A DNA stretch of 64,000 nt, from assembly GCA_951406725.2 (NCBI GenBank), contig OX597839.1:37634001-37698000 (forward strand), written 5' to 3'. Below are positions 54,276 through 64,000 of this stretch, piece after piece; position 1 is the first letter of the stretch, and every line of letters starts with the position of its first letter. The notes beneath the pieces are model-generated. The model was not told the DNA's origin. It was given only the letters and a program-made list of their open reading frames with translations, and did not search any database. The translations under genes were made by a program, and so were the position numbers. The DNA is from Octopus vulgaris (taxonomy: Eukaryota).

Positions 54276-55195
54276 GTATCCTTTATTTATCGCCTCAAAC
54301 ATCTGTTTGAACATAAACCAACACAATATGGCCACCCCGAGAGAATGATCTGCAAAGTGCAGAAGAATTTCTACCTACTTCAGAAACAAAAATAATAATA
54401 ATAAAAAAAACAAACAAACCTTACCCTCTAACCAAAACTCAGCATCAACAACCTATAAAACGAAACTAACTTCTGCTGCTTCTTGCGCTATTCGAACTCC
54501 CGTCCCCTTCCTCTGTTTTAACATGGTTAGTTATCGATGGTGGATGTCAGCATGTTTACGTAATTTCCCTCTGGTTGTTCGACCGTTGCTATAAACCCGT
54601 ATCTGCTCCTTTGAAACAGCGCACTGTGTGTACCATACTGCAACCCACTACTACCACTACTATCACTAATAGCACCACCGCCACCACCACCACACCACCA
54701 CAATAACTATTGCAATCGCCACCTCAACCACCGCCACCACCGCCCCTACCACCACCACCACCACCACCACCACCACCACCACCACCACCGCCACCGCCAC
54801 CGCCACCACCTCAACCACTACTACCATCACCACCACCACCACCACCACCACCACCACCTCAACCACTACTACCATCACCATCACCACCACCACCACCACC
54901 ACCACCACCACCTCAACCACTACTACCATCACCATCACCACCACCACCACCACCACCGCCACCGCCGCTACCGGCCTCTAGCATCACCACCACCACCACC
55001 ACCACCACCACACAATAACTATTGCAACCACCACCACCACCACTACCGGCCTCTAGCATCACCACCACCACCACCACCACCACCACAATAACTATTGCAA
55101 CCACCACCACCACCACCACTACCGGCCTCTAGCATCACCACCACCACCACCACCACCACTGCTGCTGTTATAGTCCTTAACCCCGATGTGTCCAG
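54276..55195 (+). other. U12-type (minor spliceosome) GT-AG intron in CLCN6
   Basis: 5' splice site GTATCCTTT at 54276; branch site TCCTTAAC at 55174-55181, about 15 nt before the CAG at 55193-55195; no polypyrimidine tract; reading frame preserved across the intron. Confidence 0.92.
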
Positions 55196-55302
55196 CAATA
55201 GAGGAGTGCAGTATGAAGGGCTGCCTGGCTTTATCCTTGGTCTACCTCTTACTCTTCGATGTGCTCTTCGTATCCTTAGCTTCCTGTCTGACACTCTACG
55301 AG
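55196..55302 (+). CDS. CLCN6: CLCN6 exon
   Basis: (S)IEECSMKGCLALSLVYLLLFDVLFVSLASCLTLYE |gtaagt. EECSxKGCLALSL matches ClC-6 rather than ClC-7. Confidence 0.93.
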
Positions 55303-55924
55303 GTAAGTCCGACCCTTAGAACCCATCAACACGGAATCAGTAATAGCAGTAGTAGCAGTACAGAAGCATGCGGTGTAACAACACGCGCTCTAATGGGTCA
55401 AGGGAAGTAACTCAAAATGGATCAATGGCTTCAGTTGGGATTAAAAAAAAAAAAGAAGTTAGATTATAACGATATTCTTTTCTACTCCAGGTACATGGCA
55501 CGAAATTTTGGGGGAGGGCGGGGCCAGTCGATTAGCATTATAAATAATCGACTTACCCACTACCCCCGAGTTGCCGGCTTCGTGCCAGCATTTGATAATC
55601 TGAAGACCATAAGTACCAGTTGCATACTGGGGTCGATCCAAGCGTTGATCGGAATGAAAAGGGTAAAAGAATAAGTCGCGGGGTCGATCTGTCCGACTAA
55701 AGGTGGTGCTCCAGCCTGGCCGCAGTCCAATGACTGAAGCCAATAAAAAGAATATTTGCTCGAAAAGAAGAAAAAAAGTGAAAATTTAAAAATAGATCTT
55801 CCCACAAGAATATAAAAATCAACCGACCGTAAAATCTAGCAATTTACTTCAATTAACTCAAGTCAGGTAAATATAACAAAATCTAAAAATATTAGTGGAC
55901 TAAATAGCAGACACATAGCAGGTG

Positions 55925-55996
55925 TCCCAAGTGGTCTAGTGGTTAGGATTCCGCGCTCTCACCGCGGCGGCCGGGGTTCGATTCCCCGCTTGGGAA
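55925..55996 (+). tRNA. tRNA-Glu(CTC), intronic in CLCN6
   Basis: 72 nt. Acceptor stem TCCCAAG/CTTGGGA, anticodon stem CCGCG/CGCGG with loop CTCTCAC, T stem CGGGG/CCCCG with GTTCGATT. A and B boxes intact; TTTTTT Pol III terminator at about 56003. Confidence 0.95.
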
Positions 55997-56044
55997 GATC
56001 TATTTTTTAAACTTTCACTTTTTTCTTCTTTACGAGCAAATATT

Positions 56045-56414
56045 CTTTTATTAGTTTCAGTCATTTGACTGCGGCCATGCTGGAGCACCGCCTTTAGACG
56101 AGCAAATCGACCCCACAACTTATTCTTTGTAAGCCTAGTACTTATTCTATCGGTTTCTTTTACCGAATCACTAAATTACGTGGACGTAAACACACCGACA
56201 TCGCTTGTCAAGCGATGGTGGGAGACAAACACAGACACACAAACACACACATATAAAATACAAAAGGCTTCTTTCAGTTTCCATCTACCAAATCCACTCA
56301 CAAGGCTTTGGTCGGCTCGAGGCTATAGTAGAAGACACTTGCCCAAGGTGCCATGCAGTGGGACTGAACCCGGAAGCATATGGTTGGTAAGCAAGCTACT
56401 TACCACACAGCCAC
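56045..56414 (-). mobile_element. Family-A SINE between the tRNA and a CLCN6 exon
   Basis: Reverse copy. Confidence 0.8.
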
Positions 56415-56466
56415 TAATGATGATTTTAAGTATTTTTTAAAATTGTATTTTGACTTTGGGTTTCAG

Positions 56467-56593
56467 CCGGTTGCTAAAGGATCAGGAATACCGGAAATCA
56501 AATGTTATTTGAACGGCGTTCGAATCCCACGAGTTGTACGATTGAGGACTTTGATATCCAAGGCTATTGGAGTGTTGTTTAGTGTGGCTGGAG
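56467..56593 (+). CDS. CLCN6: CLCN6 exon (GSGIP motif)
   Basis: tttcag| [42 protein letters not shown]+g |gtaaaa. Confidence 0.96.
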
Positions 56594-56644
56594 GTAAAAT
56601 ACTGGTATTTTCATCAATTCTGTATGTATGTATGAATATGTGTA

Positions 56645-56680
<36 letters not shown>

Positions 56681-56764
56681 TGTATGTATGTATGTATGTA
56701 TGTATGTATGTATGTATTTATATATGTAAGTATGTATGTATGTGTGTGTGTGTGTATGTATGTA

Positions 56765-56821
<57 letters not shown>

Positions 56822-57224
56822 ATGTATGTATGTATGTGTGTGTGTATGTATGTTTGTGGTGTGTGTGTGTATGTATGTATGTATGTATGTGTGTGTATGT
56901 ATGTTTGTGGTGTGTGTGTATGTATGTATGTATGTATGTATGTATGTATGTATGTATGTTTGTGATGTGTGTGTGTGTGTGTTCTTGTGGATTTTCAACA
57001 CTTCTTTAGGTTTCGTGTGTTATATTATTCAAAATTTTCAAGTGTTCGACTTAAGAATGATGGTAATCTTTCTCATTTTGAATTCGATAGCCAAATCTAG
57101 AATGGAAACCGATTTCCAGAAAACTTGAAAATTGCGAATTTACAGGGCATGAAACCTATGGTAGTATTGAAAGTCGACAAATAAAGAAAGTATTTACCCG
57201 CCAATGTGGCGTTAAGTACTAACA

Positions 57225-57313
<89 letters not shown>

Positions 57314-57427
57314 GTCTGTCTATAGACGTACACAGGCACAAACACACACACATACGCACACATACACGCACACACACGCCCCCCTCCATACGTAGGAACA
57401 TTAAACTCTTTTGTATCTATTTTCTAG

Positions 57428-57495
57428 GTTTGTTTGTCGGCAAAGAAGGGCCAATGATTCACAGTGGGGCCATTATAGGAGCAGGTGTGCCTCAG
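57428..57495 (+). CDS. CLCN6: CLCN6 exon (GKEGP gating glutamate)
   Basis: tttctag| (G)LFVGKEGPMIHSGAIIGAGVPQ |gtaggt. Confidence 0.96.
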
Positions 57496-57578
57496 GTAGG
57501 TTTCTGCTAACCGCTGGTCAGCTCTACATTTAATAGCAATTCTACATTGATGGTCAGCTGTTATTAATATTATTAATA

Positions 57579-57628
<50 letters not shown>

Positions 57629-58034
57629 TCCATGTAGTTCAAAAAAATTTTTTTCTTCACTCATCACTTGTTAACTCTGGTCATAATCAATCCTTAAAGC
57701 TCATCCCTGGACAGTTCCGGTCATTTATAGCATTTTACCGATCGCTCTTGGACAGTGCTGGTCTGGATTGGCTATTCGCGGTCTCCCCTCCTCCCCCCTC
57801 CTCCCCACGACGACGACGACTGCCACGACGACCACGACGACCACGACCACCACGACTACCACCACGACCACGACCACGACCACGACCACCACGACCACGA
57901 CCACGACCACGACCACCACGACCACGACCACCACGACGACCACCACCATCTGCCTGCCTGTCTGTCTATAGGGTTGGCTGCGTAATTAAGATATTCGGTT
58001 TGTGACCACGAAATCTTGGCTTCAATCCCTCTGC

Positions 58035-58290
58035 GGTTTCAGTCACTACTCTTATAGTCACTACCAATACAATTACGCCTGTTACAATAACTCCCATTAC
58101 AGTCGCTCCTGTTACAGTCACTCCCGTTACAGTCACTCCCGTTACAGTCACCTCCGTCGCAGTCGCTCCCGTTACAATCACTCTCGTCACAATCGCTCCT
58201 GTTACAGGCACTCCCGTTACAGTCACTCCCCTTATAGTCACTCCTGTTATGCTGACCAGTGTTATACTCACCCCTTTTATAGTCATTTAC
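58035..58290. repeat. 15-bp minisatellite (gttacagtcactccc)n
   Basis: About 16 diverged units directly upstream of the acceptor at 58323. Confidence 0.85.
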
Positions 58291-58323
58291 TTCACATATT
58301 ACGGTTCCTTCTTTCCTCTCCAG

Positions 58324-58382
58324 TTCCAGAGTATCGCTTACAGAACAATGGATTTACAATATTCATTCTTCCGAACCGACAG
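58324..58382 (+). CDS. CLCN6: CLCN6 exon
   Basis: ctctccag| FQSIAYRTMDLQYSFFRTD(R) |gtcagt. Confidence 0.92.
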
Positions 58383-58564
58383 GTCAGTATAAATTTACTT
58401 ACGGTCTGTCTGTCTGTCTCTCTGTCTGTTTTTCTCTCTCTCTCTCTCACACACGATCAAAACACAAAAATCGAACCTTCTTAAAGTGAGTGAATTTATA
58501 TATAAAGCCTACATGCGTATATGTGTGCGTATATGTATGTATGCAAGTAAAAATTTACGGTAAG

Positions 58565-58918
58565 ATCCGAGGATCCGAGACCCCCTTCGGTCACGACACT
58601 GACCATGGGGTTGCACCTAGAAAGTTACCTTCCTAGTCACAAGTCTGGGCATGGTTGTTTATGGAAGACCAGCAGTCGCCCATGCATACCGGTCTCTCCT
58701 CTCCACGCCACCAGTGTTATCCAAGAGAAAGGCAAAGGGGCCAATACAGCTTGGCACCTGTGACGTCGCAACTCATTTCTACAGCTGAGTGAACTGGAGC
58801 AACGTGAAAATAAAGTGCTTTGCTCAAGAACACAACACGCAGCCCGGTCCGGGATTCGAGTTCACAACCTCACGATCGTAAGCTCGACGCTCTAACCACT
58901 GAGCCAATGCGCCTTCAC
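58565..58918 (-). mobile_element. Family-E SINE
   Basis: Matches 15145-15482. Confidence 0.8.
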
Positions 58919-59522
58919 TGTAAGAAACCTATTAATATTTGATATGAACAATAACAACTGTGACTTACCTCCCTTACATCGTACCCTCTTTGTCAAGGGA
59001 AGCAATTCATACATAACTTAATTTCTCCTGAATTCCCTCCTACACTTTATACATTATGAAAAGCGGTGAACTCTGGTAGAATATTTATTCTGGCGGATAA
59101 AATTCGCGGCCACACTTTTTTTTAAGGCTTTACGTTCTGAGTTCAAATTCCATTGAGGTCGACTTTGCCTTTCATCCTTTCGGCGTTTTGTGTGCTTTAT
59201 AATAGAAAGGGTTATTATTATTAAAATTTTGGAAGGAATCGAAGGATCGACAAAGTGGCCGCTTGAGTCACTAGAAATAACAACCCAATCTTGCTCAAAG
59301 ATCACTCTTATACATCACTCTTATATACATATACATATATATATATATATATATAATATTAGGGAGTATAACTCCAAACTTACAGGGAAAATTCAATTTA
59401 ATATTAAATCAAGTTTCACAATAGAAATATATAAAATATAAATTAGAGATAATTTATTTGTTATTTATATTTTGGTTTATGTCTATCATTGTTTGAACTG
59501 CATAATAGTGGTTTTATCTCTA

Positions 59523-59564
<42 letters not shown>

Positions 59565-59599
59565 GCATATTTATTCGGATTTAATTACAATATATACAC

Positions 59600-59672
<73 letters not shown>

Positions 59673-59728
59673 CAAGCGTGTTTATTCTGGATTTAATTAC
59701 ATAAGAACATGTTTCCTTTCTTCTTCAG

Positions 59729-59775
59729 AGACAAAAGGGATTTTGTATCTGGCGGAGCGGCAGCCGGAGTCGCAG
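59729..59775 (+). CDS. CLCN6: CLCN6 exon
   Basis: ttcttcag| [15 protein letters not shown]+g |gttcgt. Confidence 0.93.
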
Positions 59776-60216
59776 GTTCGTATCATCCACGAGCTGGTTT
59801 CTTTTATCTGTTTGTATGTATGTTTGCATGTATGTATGTCAATAAAGAAAAGGTTTATTGTCTTGAGATAACTGTCAAGCTGACGACGCTTATTAAGGCA
59901 GAAAACTTGTCCACGGCTGTCCTTTGATCCCCTATTATCTCAAGTTCTTTTTCTTAACATCGTATCATCTTTGGGGAAATTCTTGATTCTTGAGGTTTTC
60001 TTCCCTCCTCATACGGAGTTATTCTCAATTACCTTTTAGCACTCACGACAAATGCCGTAAAAGCGGAGATAATTTTATTAAACCATGAGTTTATGTTATA
60101 AGGTGTTTGATATACCTGTATTCATCTATGTTATTCAAATACATGCCACTGGCTGCTCTGGGATATTTCTTATACATACATACATACATACATACATACA
60201 TACATACATACATACA

Positions 60217-60247
<31 letters not shown>

Positions 60248-60339
60248 GTATACATGCATTCCTGTATACATACAGAAGACACACGCATTCATACACACAT
60301 ACACATACATAGATCGATTGACCCGTCCACATATATATT

Positions 60340-60715
60340 CTTTACTCTTTTACTTGTTTCAGTGATTTGACTATGGCCATGCTGGAGCAAATCGACCCCA
60401 GGACTTACTCTTTGTAAACCTAATACTTATGCTATCGGTCTCTTTTACCGAACCGCTAAGTTACGGGGACGTAAACACACCACAATCAGTTGTCAAGCGA
60501 TGTTGGGTGGGGGATAAACACAGACACACAAACATATACACACACATACATATACATACATATATACAACGGGCTTCTTTCAGTTTCCATCTACCAAATT
60601 CACTCACAAGGCCCGAGGCTATAGTAGAAGACACTTGCCCAAAGTGCCACGCAGTGGGATTGAACCCGGAATCATGTGGTTGGTAAGCAAGCTACTTACC
60701 ACACAACCACTCCTA
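60340..60715 (-). mobile_element. Family-A SINE
   Basis: Reverse copy with small deletions. Confidence 0.8.
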
Positions 60716-60889
60716 CGCCTATATATATTTTATATACACTTTTAACTCTTCAACTTGTTTCAGCTTTAAAGCTGCGGTCATGCTGGGGCACCACTGTTAT
60801 TTACAATGTAATTATCCCTCATTCCTCTCTTCAGCTCGATCATTTTCCAACTCTTGAATAAATTGTTGTTTTGCCTATTTATTTTTCAG

Positions 60890-60975
60890 CGGCCTTCGGG
60901 GCCCCAATCGGCGGGGTACTGTTCAGCTTGGAGGAAGGGTCTTCGTTTTGGAACCAAAATCTAACATGGCGGACG
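60890..60975 (+). CDS. CLCN6: CLCN6 exon (proton glutamate region)
   Basis: ttttcag| (A)[28 protein letters not shown] |gtaatt. Confidence 0.96.
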
Positions 60976-61129
60976 GTAATTGAGTTTTGATGGTCTCAAA
61001 TTGTCAGGGTTAAAAGAAGGTGGGATGGTAGTGGTGGTGGGGAAATGTGTAGTTGTGATGTTCATGCCTTTTCACTAGGGAAGTGAATTGCATTTGTGTA
61101 TATTGTTGTAAGTATATGCGTTGACTGCT

Positions 61130-61795
61130 CCATTGCATCATTCTAAACGTGTTTATTGCTCTAACCTAAACACATTCAACTATAACACTGTTGCTCCCCT
61201 AAACACGTCAACTTCTACATGGTCCATCCTAAACACATCATCGTCGCTGACACTATTCCACTCTAAACACATTAACTGCTCCAGAGTGTTTACTTGTGAC
61301 ATTATTTTACCCTAAACACCTCAACTCTGACTCTACTCTAACTAAACACAACAGCTATGATACTGTTCTCCATCTAAACATGTAATCTTAGACACTGTTC
61401 TATGATAAACACATCAAATTCTTCGACCCTATTCTATTCAATATACGTTACGTATTTCATAGTCCTACTCTAAACATGTTTATTGTGGCACCATTTCACC
61501 TATTCAGGTCGATTTCGACCGAAAGGGATGACATATTTTCCATTCAGTCCACAGCTAAACACGTTGGCTATGACAGTGTCATCCCTCTAAACAGGTCAGC
61601 CCCGATACTGTCCAATCCTAAACACATCATTTTCGTTAACACTATTCCATTCTAAACACATTGACGGATCCATTGTTCCTTTCTAAACGTGCTTACTGTT
61701 GATGTTACATTATTGCAGTCTAAACACATCCACCGTCACAAAATTCCTTCCTAAACATGTTTATAATCACAATGTTCCATTTTAAACACATTTAT
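61130..61795. repeat. Highly diverged tandem repeat of about 30 bp with a CTAAACAC core
   Basis: (c)taaaca(c) recurs roughly every 30 bp with ...gacactgtt/attcc... spacers, up to the acceptor at 61806. Confidence 0.65.
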
Positions 61796-61806
61796 CATAT
61801 TTTCAG

Positions 61807-61923
61807 TTCTTCTGTTCCATTGCGGCGACATTCTCTTTGAATTTCTTCCTGTCTGGTCTAGAATCCTCCAGTTCCTGGGGTTATTTCTACCAACCCGGTC
61901 TCATCAACTTTGGTCTGTTCAGA
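61807..61923 (+). CDS. CLCN6: CLCN6 exon
   Basis: tttcag| FFCSIAATFSLNFFLSGLESSSSWGYFYQPGLINFGLFR |gtaggt. Confidence 0.94.
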
Positions 61924-62463
61924 GTAGGTACCCGTATTGATTTTGTCGTCATCGCATTAAACCTGATCGCATTTCGCGCATTTAACGACGCTGTTGTACA
62001 GTGTTACTTCAAAATACTACACACACACACACACACACACTGACGCACTTACATATAGAGTGAAAAATATTTTGTAACCATGTTTACTGTGATACTGTTT
62101 CACCCTAAACATGCATGCATGCATACATACATAATACATACGTACATACATACATATATATACATACATGCATATATACATACATGCATATATGCATACA
62201 TACATATATACATACATATATACATATATATATATACATACATACAGACATACATATGTATATACAAGTTCCTACATATATGTGTATATATGTATATATA
62301 CATACATCAACATACACACACACGTGTATGCATGTAAGTATGTATAACTATACATTTACATATACATACAGAGAGACGCACGCATATAACATGCATATAT
62401 AAGCATATACATGATGTAAACGTATGTATGTGTGTGTGATTACATACATATATACACATACAC

Positions 62464-62496
<33 letters not shown>

Positions 62497-62513
62497 CGTA
62501 CATACATACATAC

Positions 62514-62544
<31 letters not shown>

Positions 62545-62562
62545 CATACATACATACATACA

Positions 62563-62596
<34 letters not shown>

Positions 62597-62785
62597 CATA
62601 CATACATACATACATATATACATAATTTATATATATATATATTATATTTTGTGAAGTTTGATTTAGTTTTTCTAAATTGAATTTTTCCCTGTAAGTTTGG
62701 AATAATATTCCCTTATATTATTATTATACATACACGTATATATATATATATATATTTCGGGTTTCCTTGTATTTTTGTCCTGTAG

Positions 62786-62955
62786 TGTGCCAATAATGCA
62801 GGACCCGACTGTCACCTGTGGAATATTATAGACCTTCTTATATTCATACTGATGGCCATCATTGGAGGTTTTCTCGGGGCGACATTTAATTTCATAAACC
62901 AGCGACTGACAAAATACCGGATGGCTCACCTGAACAAGAAATCAATATACATCAG
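62786..62955 (+). CDS. CLCN6: CLCN6 exon (gene continues beyond the window)
   Basis: cctgtag| CANNAGPDCHLWNIIDLLIFILMAIIGGFLGATFNFINQRLTKYRMAHLNKKSIYI(R) |gtaagc. Confidence 0.94.
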
Positions 62956-63028
62956 GTAAGCTTTAGTTTGATTTCAATGGACCGTAAAGTTACATATATA
63001 CAGCAACAAACACATACACATGTATATG

Positions 63029-63059
<31 letters not shown>

Positions 63060-63471
63060 AGGCTCGCGAATTCTTATAAACACACACACACTCACAGATG
63101 CTCATGTATACATATAAACGCACACACATGCATATACTAGCAAACACTGATATAGAGAATCACATACGCATACACACTCGTACACATAAACACACTAAAG
63201 CACACACTCACTGATGCACATACATACACATACATACATACACACACATACACACACATACACACATACATACATAGATACATACATACACACACATACA
63301 TACACACATACATAAATACATACATACATACATACATACATACATACATACATACATACATACATACATACATACAAAAAGCATGGAAGAGCTACTTCCA
63401 CGATTGCTTCAAAATCTGGAAAAAATCTCAAAACCCTGTGGAAGAATTCAACATTCTCCTGAACAACCTAC

Positions 63472-63537
<66 letters not shown>

Positions 63538-63985
63538 GATACACACAGATAGAGAAATTAAGGCCAACAGACCAGATATAGTTGTCAGAGATCATGAAGA
63601 AAAAAAAATGCTTTCTAATTGATGTATCAATACCGGCAGATGACAACGTGTCTCTAAAAGAAATGGAGAAACTCTCAAAATACAAAGACCTGGAAATAGA
63701 GGTAACCAGAATGTGGAATCTAAAAACAGAAACAATTCCTATCATAGTTAGTGCATTAGGCATGATAAAAAAATATTCAGACAAATACATAACAAAAACA
63801 CCAGGACTTACAAACACATATAACATACAGAAAATTGCACTACTAGGCACTGCACACATCCTACGCAGAACACTTTCCATACAATAACCATCAGAGCATC
63901 AAACAAATCACAGCACATACCCAAGGCACACAGAGCTGCGCTCGGTAGTGAAGTGAAAGCACGCTATAAAAATAAAACTACTGAA
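63538..63985 (+). mobile_element. R4/Dong-clade retrotransposon 3' end, second copy
   Basis: Nearly identical to 38195-38625; one extra A in an A-run shifts the frame; (TAA)n on both sides. Confidence 0.85.
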
Positions 63986-64000
63986 TAATAATAATAATAA

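Noticed and set aside
57966-58484. Mucin-like VTG repeat ORF and SHY repeat ORF
   Set aside because: Translations of the 15-bp intronic minisatellite; the true exon is 58324-58382.

Overview
Eukaryotic genomic DNA that is AT-rich and dense in microsatellites and SINEs. The repeat style suggests an octopus (coleoid cephalopod); this is an inference. Almost every ORF in the supplied track is a repeat artefact, so I assembled the real genes by hand from spliced exons with consistent phase. (1) The 3' part of an LPP/zyxin-family LIM gene (+, 5 exons, 9868-16726, ends ...MTTEL*). (2) A complete CYB5D1 (-, 4 exons, 33485-22381, 218 aa). (3) NAA38/LSMD1 (+, 3 exons found, 38946-43593, first exon not located), divergent from CYB5D1 as in human. 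(4) The 5' part of CLCN6 (+, 13 exons, 48223-62955, runs off the window), with a U12-type intron and an intronic tRNA-Glu(CTC). Introns and spacers hold tRNA-derived SINE families, Helitrons, MITE/foldback elements, R4/Dong, RTE, CR1, mariner and hAT remnants, and tandem arrays. The most unusual observations are a 118-bp tandem array that copies the NAA38 3' splice site 8 times, each extra copy reading as a possible 9-nt in-frame microexon, and a perfect 14-bp hairpin that buries a consensus in-frame alternative 5' splice site in CLCN6.
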